From contig JBJXGI010000026.1 of NCBI GenBank assembly GCA_046153645.1, positions 1 to 13,654 of the forward strand: a stretch of DNA of 13,654 nt, read 5' to 3'. This document shows positions 1 through 8,017 of this stretch, piece by piece. The stretch is from Elusimicrobiota bacterium (GTDB lineage Bacteria > Elusimicrobiota > Elusimicrobia > F11). The first letter of the stretch is position 1. Every line of letters starts with the position of its first letter. The position numbers were made by a program, and so were the translations under genes. The notes under the pieces are model-generated. The model saw only the letters and a program-made list of their open reading frames with translations, did not search any database and had not been told where the DNA came from.

Positions 1-296
1 CAAGTATGCGAACCAATTTCGTGGCCGTCTTGTTTAATTCTTTTCATAACCGCATCGTGCTTATTTACGGCTTGGCCCAAAACAAAAAAAGTAGCTTTTA
101 CATTTTCTCTTTTAAGCAAATCTAAAAATTTTTCAGTATTGGGACCAGGGCCGTCATCAAAGGTCAGTGCGATTTTTTTCTCTGAGGTTTTGCCGGAAGC
201 AAAAAAGTCGCCCGGATTCATATTTGAAGCCGAAAGAGGGTTAACTGCGATGAAAAGAGTAAAAAATAAACCCGTCATATAAAAATAATTATTCAT
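1..296 (-). CDS. Polysaccharide deacetylase (NodB / CE4 family), 5' part only; runs off the left edge
   Basis: Not in the ORF track; translated by hand: MNNYFYMTGLFFTLFIAVNPLSASNMNPGDFFASGKTSEKKIALTFDDGPGPNTEKFLDLLKRENVKATFFVLGQ...DGHEIGSHT. Contains the CE4 motifs TFDDGP, ATFFV and GHEIGSHT plus a signal-like N-terminus. ATG at 296 overlaps the upstream stop; an alternative in-frame ATG is at 278. Confidence 0.93.
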   Translation of the reverse strand, partial: MNNYFYMTGLFFTLFIAVNPLSASNMNPGDFFASGKTSEKKIALTFDDGPGPNTEKFLDLLKRENVKATFFVLGQAVNKHDAVMKRIKQDGHEIGSHT

Positions 297-1221
297 TAAT
301 AACCTCTGGATTCCAAAAATTAAAAATACGTTCTTGTGACACGACGTCTCCAGTAGGAGATAAAACAACTCGCACCTTTCCCCTCACCAATCCTTTCGAT
401 GAAAAAAGAAGGGTTCCCCATTCCACCTGCCATCCCTCAGGAAACTTATTCACTCTTGCCACCGGCCAGCGTGCGGTTTCAAAAAAATTTTTGGCAAGTG
501 GTGCTGACAAACTTTCGGTCACAGGAAATTTCTTTTTAGGCATTGAGAACGTGCGATCAACACTTTTGTTTCTTCGAAATAAATCAATTATATATGTTCG
601 ATACATTTTATGATCTGTATCGGTTTCAACGCCTCGCCACTGAAATGGGTTTACTGTCCTGGGAAGAGCTGTTGCTAATATATTTTCATTGATCATTATA
701 TTCTGAGCATATATCTTCGCTGAAAGACTTGCTCCTAAATATATAACCCAAGCAAACCAAATATATTTGGTCCCTTTCCATCCGTAACCTTTTTTTCGAT
801 TCAACCAATAAAGACCAAAACCCATAAACAAAATAGGAATAAAGGTAAAAGCTTGTACCCAGTCTAATGAAAATTCCTGAAAAGAAAAAGGCAATAACAA
901 TGGGACCCCAAAAATTGTCATAAAGTCACATAAAGAGTGTAGGCCAATAACAAGCCCATAGCCTAAAAACCTTTTTCTAAAAGGGCCTTCATCCCATTTT
1001 TTTAAAGCCCAAGCAAAAATAAAAGTTTGAGCTATCAAGCCAAAAAGTGAATGGGAAATTCCTCTATGTTGAAAAGCACTGGCCCAACTTCCAAAAAAAC
1101 TAAAAACGATATCTATATCAGGAAAAAGCGAGAGTCCGATCATTATCCAAAATCTTTTATTTGATGCATGAACAGACTTGCCTGCCACGGCCCCCACTAA
1201 AGCGTGGGTTAACGGATCCAT
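289..1221 (-). CDS. Inner-membrane metal-dependent hydrolase (YdjM / 'LexA-binding' family)
   Basis: Family motifs MDPLTHAL, PDID, HRGISHS and HSLCD, several hydrophobic segments and a soluble C-terminal extension. Confidence 0.85.
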   Translation of the reverse strand: MDPLTHALVGAVAGKSVHASNKRFWIMIGLSLFPDIDIVFSFFGSWASAFQHRGISHSLFGLIAQTFIFAWALKKWDEGPFRKRFLGYGLVIGLHSLCDFMTIFGVPLLLPFSFQEFSLDWVQAFTFIPILFMGFGLYWLNRKKGYGWKGTKYIWFAWVIYLGASLSAKIYAQNIMINENILATALPRTVNPFQWRGVETDTDHKMYRTYIIDLFRRNKSVDRTFSMPKKKFPVTESLSAPLAKNFFETARWPVARVNKFPEGWQVEWGTLLFSSKGLVRGKVRVVLSPTGDVVSQERIFNFWNPEVINE

Positions 1222-1928
1222 TCTTGTCCTTTCTCAATAATTTTTACCCAAGCATAACCTGTTTCTTTCGCCACTGTTTTCATGTAATCACGCATTTTCG
1301 GAGCACTCTGAAATAAAGTAACGCCCAGAAGCCCCAGAATCAAAATGTTTCCAATAAAAATGAGAACTCCAGATAAAAATAAACCCAATACTTTTAAATC
1401 TGGCTGGTGATGGTGAACCGCAGAGAATGTCATAGATATATGGAACATAAGTGTCGCACCCATAAGGAATTGAAAAGAAGGCAACAAATAAGGATGTGTC
1501 CAAAAGTGACGAACCAAGGCGTATAACAAAATAATAACGGCTGTATAAAAAGGAAGAATGTAGGGAGACAACGCAATAAAAGCGTTTGATTTGGAAAGGT
1601 GAACTTCTCCGCCTTTTGAAGTAGCTTTAAAAGAATGTATTTTAGCTCCAGTGAGGAGCCCCGAAACAACATGGGTACTTTCATGACCAAAAACATAAAG
1701 CCACATAGGTTTGGCAACCCATTTTTCTATAACAAAGTAAAAACCCGCGCCAACCAAATAAATCCATAACGTCTTCCAACCGGACTGCGTCACAGAAAAA
1801 GCCACTTGGTATAACCCCAGTGAAAGCCCCCAAGCCAATGGCAATAAAATAACGCCCATTGTCCAGCGACTGAGACGGCTGATTCCTTTTTTAAGCACTC
1901 GAAAAGAGTGTTTCTTTTTTCTAGGCAT
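1209..1928 (-). CDS. M50B-like intramembrane zinc metallopeptidase
   Basis: Polytopic membrane protein with HExxH (FGHESTH) next to a TM segment, followed by GG-x-V, IALSPY and a later QPDL Asp (possible third ligand). TAATG coupling to the upstream gene at 1928. Confidence 0.75.
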   Translation of the reverse strand: MPRKKKHSFRVLKKGISRLSRWTMGVILLPLAWGLSLGLYQVAFSVTQSGWKTLWIYLVGAGFYFVIEKWVAKPMWLYVFGHESTHVVSGLLTGAKIHSFKATSKGGEVHLSKSNAFIALSPYILPFYTAVIILLYALVRHFWTHPYLLPSFQFLMGATLMFHISMTFSAVHHHQPDLKVLGLFLSGVLIFIGNILILGLLGVTLFQSAPKMRDYMKTVAKETGYAWVKIIEKGQEWIR

Positions 1929-2428
1929 TACTCGAACATATAATCTTCAAATGGAATCTTTTGAGCACGCAATTCTTCTTTCCATAATTCAAGAGTTGTA
2001 AGGGCTTTTTTCCTTGCCATTTTCACCCATTTTGATTCAGGTGGGCTAAAAAGTTCATACGTATCTTTGTACCACTGGTAGGCGTATTTTAAAGATGATT
2101 CTGACATATGGAAATCATAATTAAATTGGAGAGCATCTAAACGTTGTCGATACTGATCGGGAGGAAGTTTTCCTTTTTTAAACAACTCTTCAACTTCTTT
2201 TTTCCCTTTTTCTAATTCCATTTCAAAATATTTTTTCTTTTCTTCGGGATGAGAACTCCAATGAAAATATTTTTCGCCTTCAAGAAAGCTTTCTTTGGCT
2301 CGAGATCGAACGTCAAGATAAACAATAATATTAACCCCAATAATTCCCAAAATGACAAGGCAAACATTTTGGATCCAACGCTTCTTCCACCAAGGTGAAT
2401 TTATTTGATTGGGAATAGGTTCAGACAT
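1928..2428 (-). CDS. Hypothetical single-pass membrane protein with a helical, charged soluble domain
   Basis: ATG at 2428 (MSEPIP) is preferred over the track's TTG at 2461, which lies inside panD. Basic WWKKR precedes one TM (VCLVILGIIGVNIIVYL). Its stop overlaps the next start. Confidence 0.75.
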   Translation of the reverse strand: MSEPIPNQINSPWWKKRWIQNVCLVILGIIGVNIIVYLDVRSRAKESFLEGEKYFHWSSHPEEKKKYFEMELEKGKKEVEELFKKGKLPPDQYRQRLDALQFNYDFHMSESSLKYAYQWYKDTYELFSPPESKWVKMARKKALTTLELWKEELRAQKIPFEDYMFE

Positions 2429-2435
2429 TTTTGAA

Positions 2436-2822
2436 TTAATTCTTACGTTGGCTTCGATCAACCTGCGTCTTGATCGCTATAATTTTATTTTTATCATTTA
2501 CTCGGACAAATTTGGGAATTAAGCGATGAGCGGCCTCTTCTTCCATCCATGCGACCGACATAACAATTATTTTATCACCAGGTCCACCTAAACGGGCAGC
2601 AGCGCCATTTAATCCAATCGTACCTGAGTTTTTAGGGCCTTTAATTACATAGGTTTCAAAACGCTGTCCATTGGAGAGATTGGCAATTAAAACCATTTCA
2701 TGCTCTAAAATGTCAGCGGCTTCCATTAATTTCTGATCAATTTCGATACTGCCTTCATAATCTAAACGACTCGAAGTAATAGTGGCACGATGTATTTTAG
2801 CACGACACATGCGTCTTAACAT
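2436..2822 (-). CDS. panD: Aspartate 1-decarboxylase proenzyme
   Basis: From ATG 2822: MLRRMCRAKIHRATIT...YEGSIEID places K9, H11 and the G24-S25 self-cleavage site at canonical positions. Also NGQRFETYVI and LNGAAAR. Confidence 0.98.
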   Translation of the reverse strand: MLRRMCRAKIHRATITSSRLDYEGSIEIDQKLMEAADILEHEMVLIANLSNGQRFETYVIKGPKNSGTIGLNGAAARLGGPGDKIIVMSVAWMEEEAAHRLIPKFVRVNDKNKIIAIKTQVDRSQRKN

Positions 2823-2878
2823 AGTAAGGGATCCTTTCAATTTATATAAGAACTGAGACTGAAAGAGTATATTATCTA

Positions 2879-3481
2879 TTAGATGCGAATTTGAGGAGGG
2901 TTATTCTTGAGATTAGTTAATATTTGTTCGACTTCTAAAGCTTCTTGTAATTTTCCCGTTTGTTTTAATTTATCAACAATAATGACTAATTTTTCAACTT
3001 CTGTAGAAACTAAATCGCGCTCTTTTTTAAGTTTAACTCTCAAACTAGCTAAGGTTTGATTAAATAAATCTCCCACTTCTTTAAGTTCATCATGTTTCCT
3101 TAAACGAACCTGCACAGTAAAATCCCCGCTTCGCATAGCTTCTAGCGTTTTTTCAAAACGATAAATGGGGCCAGCGATAAAATGAGAGAAAAATAAAGTT
3201 AAGGCAAAAGTAATGGCCAAAAGGATAACGCTTGTTTTAAAAATAATTCCATTGAGCAATTGCAACTGAGTTGTTGCTTCTCCTTGTTGAACAATTCCAG
3301 TTTCGATCATTTTATTAACAATCCATCGTCCTTCTAGATAAATAATAAGCGTGGCAAAAGTGAGGAAAGCTAAAATAATAAAACTAAATTTAAGCTGAAA
3401 ATTCGTCTTGATTATTTTCTGGCCAAACCAACGTGGTCGAGCTGAGGGGGATTGTGGCATACCATTATTTTCTTGAGACAT
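2879..3481 (-). CDS. Stand-alone two-TM HAMP-domain membrane protein with no output domain
   Basis: Two TMs flanking a short (~30 aa) loop, then HAMP (SHFIAGPIYRFEKTLEAMRSGDF...RKHDELKEVGDLFN) and a short coiled coil. AAGGAG SD 5 nt before the ATG. Confidence 0.85.
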   Translation of the reverse strand: MSQENNGMPQSPSARPRWFGQKIIKTNFQLKFSFIILAFLTFATLIIYLEGRWIVNKMIETGIVQQGEATTQLQLLNGIIFKTSVILLAITFALTLFFSHFIAGPIYRFEKTLEAMRSGDFTVQVRLRKHDELKEVGDLFNQTLASLRVKLKKERDLVSTEVEKLVIIVDKLKQTGKLQEALEVEQILTNLKNNPPQIRI

Positions 3482-3511
3482 ACACGCTCCTTATAATGAC
3501 CTATGAGAGAT

Positions 3512-3540
3512 AGATTACTGTGCTAAGATCCATTTTGCAA
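3512..3540 (-). promoter_or_regulatory. Putative sigma70 promoter for the HAMP-panD block
   Basis: Minus strand TTGCAA (3540-3535) - 17 nt - TAATCT (3517-3512), in the intergenic gap about 30 nt upstream of ATG 3481. Confidence 0.6.
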
Positions 3541-3555
3541 CTGCTTTGAAAAAAA

Positions 3556-3906
3556 TCATGTCAGGGTTATTCCCCCCTCAAAAGCCAAGGCAGAAATAAC
3601 ATCACGCAAGGTTTCATGGTCTACCACGTCATCAAAAGCCAATCCTGCAAAATAATAACCATCTTCATAAGAAACCCTAATAACACGAGACCTTAAATTA
3701 TTAAAACGAGCTCCGTCTTTGAGTGAAAATGTAACGTAAACCACCCCGGCTACTTTAACGGGATAGCGAGTTTCCATTAATAAACCCTCCGGGCTTAAAT
3801 TACAAATTCTTCCCCAGCCTTCTTTATAGGGGCCATCAGGAAACTGTAATCCGACAGGGATACTTGTCGAAAAACGAACTGTTTTCCGACGTTCAATTTC
3901 CATCAT
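3556..3906 (-). CDS. Single-domain PilZ protein (putative c-di-GMP receptor)
   Basis: Both PilZ motifs are present: RxxxR (RKTVR) and D/NxSxxG (NLSPEG), with a C-terminal AGLAF. 116 aa. Confidence 0.9.
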   Translation of the reverse strand: MMEIERRKTVRFSTSIPVGLQFPDGPYKEGWGRICNLSPEGLLMETRYPVKVAGVVYVTFSLKDGARFNNLRSRVIRVSYEDGYYFAGLAFDDVVDHETLRDVISALAFEGGITLT

Positions 3907-5113
3907 TTTTTTTACCTTTTTCTTCGGTTTTTTTCTCTTTTATGACTTTCCCTTCTTTCCATCCTGAAAGCGATTTATAGAGTGCACTGATGGGCTTTGA
4001 ATTCATCCGCGGATCACCGCCAGAAACAACCCACAATCGATCAAACCCGGCGGCAAGCCCAGAAGGCTCTACACCTTCTGCTAAGAGGTTGTTGGCGAGA
4101 TAGGGCCCTCTCCAAATATAGGAATCTCCCATTTTTTCAAAAGATGCTGCCTTTAAAGGAGAGTCTCCAATAATCCAAAACCTTTTCCCATCCCAAGCAA
4201 GCCCGGTTGGTTCTTGAATAATAGAAGGAATCGTCTCTATGACTCGAAAATCTCCTCCGTGGCGATAAATCAAAGAAGTTTGTTTATCAATAGACCATAG
4301 ATATTCTCCATCCCACACAAGCCCTGTTGGATTGGTTCCAGGAACGGGAGCCGCTTGCAACGTGGGAAGACCAATCACTCTTTGATGACTGCGAAATTTC
4401 AAATCAAAACCAATAGTAACCAACGCTTCTGGTGTGTTACAAACTAAAATCGGCTGAGTGTCTTGTAACCTAAACATTCCCACCGTCTCCAATTCTCGAT
4501 ACTGAGGGAGAATTCCCGATTGCAAACGATATTGTGTGATGGTTGAGTCCATCCAACTGCCCACCCACAAATCCCGAGAGTCCCATTGGAGACCAGATAA
4601 CGAAGCAGATCCCAGAGAAACAGTGGTAGGCGGGGCGCCCATTCGAATTTTTTGAATTCCCGATAAAAGTAAAAGCCCCAACACAACTCCGCTCACGATT
4701 TTTGAGGCGGGATGATGCGATTTATAAAGCTTGGCAGAAAAAAGAGTTCGCCCATTTTTTAAGGTGGCTCTTTTTGAAGCGGCAAGAATTTGAAATGGAT
4801 CCATTTTTCCTGAAAGGCAATCAAAAGCCCCGGCCTTCATTATTTGGAGAGCTACATCCATTTTATTTTCAGTCATAGTCACTAGAAAAGGAGTTGTCGG
4901 ACTATTCACCTTTAAATTTTGATCCAATACTCTTAACGTTTCTAATTCACCTTGAAATGATGCCACAACCAAGACTGGTGGCTCTTTACCTAACTTCTCT
5001 AATGCGAGTTCTAAATGCGGAACAGCTTCAGATTTTATTTCTACCGAATCATAAATTTTTTTTATTTTTTTGAGAGCTTTACTTTCAAAACCAATCAAAA
5101 GAACTTTAGACAT
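3893..5113 (-). CDS. Aspartate-less receiver domain + TM + extracytoplasmic beta-propeller-like repeats
   Basis: Residues 1-118 follow the REC pattern (KVLLI; PPVLVVAS; PTTPFLVT; MKAGAFDCL). Hydrophobic stretch at 139-153. Repeats LSGLQWDSRDLWV, PTGLVWDGEYLWS, PTGLAWDGKRFWI and PSGLAAGFDRLWV. Confidence 0.75.
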   Translation of the reverse strand: MSKVLLIGFESKALKKIKKIYDSVEIKSEAVPHLELALEKLGKEPPVLVVASFQGELETLRVLDQNLKVNSPTTPFLVTMTENKMDVALQIMKAGAFDCLSGKMDPFQILAASKRATLKNGRTLFSAKLYKSHHPASKIVSGVVLGLLLLSGIQKIRMGAPPTTVSLGSASLSGLQWDSRDLWVGSWMDSTITQYRLQSGILPQYRELETVGMFRLQDTQPILVCNTPEALVTIGFDLKFRSHQRVIGLPTLQAAPVPGTNPTGLVWDGEYLWSIDKQTSLIYRHGGDFRVIETIPSIIQEPTGLAWDGKRFWIIGDSPLKAASFEKMGDSYIWRGPYLANNLLAEGVEPSGLAAGFDRLWVVSGGDPRMNSKPISALYKSLSGWKEGKVIKEKKTEEKGKKNDGN

Positions 5114-6524
5114 GGCCTTCTCCCACCAAACCAGAAGAAGATTTTGGGATATAGGGAAGCTCGAGTTGAAATGTTGTTCCCGATGAGCTGGTTTGTATCA
5201 GTTGGAGAGAGCCCCCATGAACTTCTGCATAACGCCTAGACCGACTTAAGTTAAGCCCTTGCCGATGTTCTTTTGTTGTAAAGAAAGGCTGGAAAATTCT
5301 CTTCACAAGATGATCAGAAATTCCTGTTCCGGAATCTTTTATAAGGACACAAATACTTTTCCGAGCTGTTTGATTTTTTAACGATATCGTTATACGTCCG
5401 GCTTCTCCAGGAATGGCTTCTAGAGCATTTATCAATAATGTTTTCAGAATAAATGAAACAAGCGCGGGATCGCCTTGAATGCCAGGCATGGGATCATCAG
5501 ATAAAAATTCCACAGATAACGATGGTTTTCTATTGGCATAAATATCGGCCAACTGCTGCTCCACAACATCTTTGATTAAAATATTTTCAGATCTTGTTAG
5601 CCGACGACCAGTCAGATGAAGGTAATCGTCCAAGGCAGAGGTCACTTCTTGAATTTGACCTTGAATACTTTTGAAATTTTGACTTAACTCTCCCGCCCCC
5701 TCAACAAAAAGTTTAAAACGAGTCCGCCAAAATGCTTCTGATGTTGATTCTGGATCTAACAGACCCAAGCGTTCTAAAGTTAAAAGAAGTTGACCTTGAG
5801 TAGAAACAAGTGCCGTTCGAACACGATGGGCCACTCCATTGGCAAACATATCTTCTTCTGCCCAACTTAGTTCTTGTTTTCTTCTCAAAGCTATTTCCAT
5901 TTCATCTAATAACTTCTTTTGAACCAATGAAATTTCTTCTTGTTTTTGTGTTGCCAGTGTTTGATTATTTTCAGCAAACAGTGAACGCATATTCGTCAAT
6001 CTAGACTCAAGATCTTTTAACTGATCTTTAAGAGCTTCATGATTTTCGGCAAAATAGCGAACATCATTCTCTCTACTTTTTAACTGTTGTATTCGCAAAT
6101 CTTCAGCTTTTTGTTGGAAATCTCTTATTTTTTTTCTCAACGTTTCATTTTCAATATTCAATTCTGCCACACGGCGCCTTAATTCTTGAGCTTCCTCTTC
6201 AATATCAGTTTTTTCACGTTCTAAATGACGACGATCTTGATCTAAAGTTAACGTTTTTGTTTTTAACTCATCTTCTCCCACGCCCATAATAGAGCGTAAA
6301 AGGTCATTTTCATCTTTCCAAATTTGGATTTGACCTTGAACATTCTGAGAAAATTCTCCGATGTTTTTTTCAAAACCATCCAAATCGCTCAAATATTCTC
6401 TAAAGAGAATTTCTTTTTCCGTTTCACTGACACCCGGAAGCGCCCATAATCGTTCAGCAATTTTTTCTTTAAATTGTCGAAGAGCTTCTTGCCAAGCTTT
6501 TAATGTATCCTCAGTCACTCTCAT
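5106..6524 (-). CDS. Soluble histidine-kinase-like protein (long coiled coil + DHp + HATPase_c) with degenerate motifs
   Basis: H-box-like GVAHRVRTAL (H233), N box LLINALEA, G1 DSGTGI, F box IFQPFFTTK, altered G2 RQGLNL and VHGG. About 220 aa of E/K/Q/L-rich helix at the N-terminus; no TM. Confidence 0.88.
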   Translation of the reverse strand: MRVTEDTLKAWQEALRQFKEKIAERLWALPGVSETEKEILFREYLSDLDGFEKNIGEFSQNVQGQIQIWKDENDLLRSIMGVGEDELKTKTLTLDQDRRHLEREKTDIEEEAQELRRRVAELNIENETLRKKIRDFQQKAEDLRIQQLKSRENDVRYFAENHEALKDQLKDLESRLTNMRSLFAENNQTLATQKQEEISLVQKKLLDEMEIALRRKQELSWAEEDMFANGVAHRVRTALVSTQGQLLLTLERLGLLDPESTSEAFWRTRFKLFVEGAGELSQNFKSIQGQIQEVTSALDDYLHLTGRRLTRSENILIKDVVEQQLADIYANRKPSLSVEFLSDDPMPGIQGDPALVSFILKTLLINALEAIPGEAGRITISLKNQTARKSICVLIKDSGTGISDHLVKRIFQPFFTTKEHRQGLNLSRSRRYAEVHGGSLQLIQTSSSGTTFQLELPYIPKSSSGLVGEGHV

Positions 6525-8017
6525 GGAATAACCAGCTTTGAACCTGTTTTTGGAAGACCTCGTTCAATTTTATCAGGATTGGCGTTATAGATTTTTCGCC
6601 ACTGGTTGGGATCACCGTAATACTCGCGCGCGATACTCTGTAAAGTGTCGCCAGCTGAAACCGTATGAATTTTAATAGAGGCTTTTTTCTCTCTTAATTC
6701 GTTGGCCTCATGTCGATGGTGAGAGACATTTCCTTCAAGTTCTTTTATTCTTTCTCTGAGAGATCGGATCGTCGATTCCCTTTCTCCGAGTAAATCATCA
6801 TCCTTTAACGCTTTAATTCGCGCTTTCATGTTATTGAGTTCATCTTCCGCCATTTTCCTTTTCTGTTCTATTTCAGAAAGAGAATTTTTTAACTGAGCTT
6901 CTTCTTGAGTCAACTGAATAACTCGTTGATCTAATACTCCTGCCGCTTCTAAGGCTTTGTCATAATAAATCTCAGTAAATTGAGGGCGACCAAACCGATA
7001 AGAAAAAGAAGCTCTGAATTGACCCGAATTATCGGTTACGGTTTTTAAGGGGATCAAATAAGAAATATCAATTTGCATTGGTGAAAGATAAAAACCAATT
7101 CCTGTGGCCAGATGGTCAATTGCGCCACTATCACGATGTCCCCAGCCCAACCTGGGCCTTAACACTCCTCTTGATAAAAGCCATTCCAACCCAGGATGAA
7201 ACCGCCAAACTCCGCCAGAGCCATACTCCAAATCTAAAAACATATCGAGATATTCCAAGTGACGACGCACAACACCAAAATTGAGTGAAGGCCCGCGAGG
7301 ATCTCCATCTCCTGGAAAAAGATGACGAAGAGCAAACCCAACTTGATGCTGACGGTTGATTGGAACAAAAAAACCACCGGTTAGTCCTAACCCAATTTTT
7401 GATTTTCCCACATGAGAGGCTCGATCTTCGCCATTTTGATGACGGAGTGTTAAGGCAAGACCTGCTTTAACTGGAAACTTAATAAATCCTTTGGTCCAGC
7501 GATCAGCAGGGGCGTCAGTTCCTCCCCCCACTGTAACATCAATAATATGAGCTCCAGGAGCTGCTTGTTCTCCATAAAATCCGACCGCCAAGGGAACAAA
7601 TTTCTCCTTATATCGATACGGGAAACCATAAATACCATTAAAATCAGATCGCGCCGATTCATTTTTACTATAAGACCGCCCATAATCTAATGATAATTCT
7701 TCTTGGTTTAAATTAAAAAGACCGGCAGGATTATAAAAAAGGTTATAAACATCTCCCGAAACAGCGGTATACCCATTTCCCAAAGCAATGGGACGCGCTC
7801 CACGACTGCGGTGAGGAGCGGCGTGAGCGAGAACTGTCATTGTGACAATAAAAACAACCGCAAATATAAGCATTAACATCCAACTTGGTTTTGGTTGTTT
7901 ATTCCAGATAGGTCGGGATGCAGAAAGTTTAATATCGGTAGGAATTCGATACTTAAAAATATTTGATTTCGATCTGTTTTCGAATGAATTGAGTTTTTTA
8001 GAGTTTTGTATTCGCAT
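6521..8017 (-). CDS. Outer-membrane beta-barrel (FadL/PorV-like) + coiled coil + LysM
   Basis: Signal-like segment ending LAHA/A. Plug motif GARPIALGNGYTAVSGDVYNLFYNPAGL. Alternating strands ending FRASFSYRFG (~aa 343), heptad-rich aa ~352-446, and LysM HTVSAGDTLQSIA...WRKIYNAN...GSKLVIP. Start uncertain (8017 or 7879). Confidence 0.85.
   Translation of the reverse strand: MRIQNSKKLNSFENRSKSNIFKYRIPTDIKLSASRPIWNKQPKPSWMLMLIFAVVFIVTMTVLAHAAPHRSRGARPIALGNGYTAVSGDVYNLFYNPAGLFNLNQEELSLDYGRSYSKNESARSDFNGIYGFPYRYKEKFVPLAVGFYGEQAAPGAHIIDVTVGGGTDAPADRWTKGFIKFPVKAGLALTLRHQNGEDRASHVGKSKIGLGLTGGFFVPINRQHQVGFALRHLFPGDGDPRGPSLNFGVVRRHLEYLDMFLDLEYGSGGVWRFHPGLEWLLSRGVLRPRLGWGHRDSGAIDHLATGIGFYLSPMQIDISYLIPLKTVTDNSGQFRASFSYRFGRPQFTEIYYDKALEAAGVLDQRVIQLTQEEAQLKNSLSEIEQKRKMAEDELNNMKARIKALKDDDLLGERESTIRSLRERIKELEGNVSHHRHEANELREKKASIKIHTVSAGDTLQSIAREYYGDPNQWRKIYNANPDKIERGLPKTGSKLVIP

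Noticed and set aside
1209..1928. M50B-like peptidase as the RseP-type protease for the anti-sigma factor
   Set aside because: No PDZ domain or NxxPxxxLDG motif, about 10 kb away and in a different transcription unit; no sequence support for the link.
3893..6524. Kinase and receiver genes as pseudogenes
   Set aside because: Frames are full length, with no stops or frameshifts, and translational coupling is preserved; only catalytic positions differ.
6521..8017. Calling the barrel a type IX secretion component (PorV/PorP)
   Set aside because: The plug motif is shared across FadL-like barrels, and no other T9SS gene is in the window.
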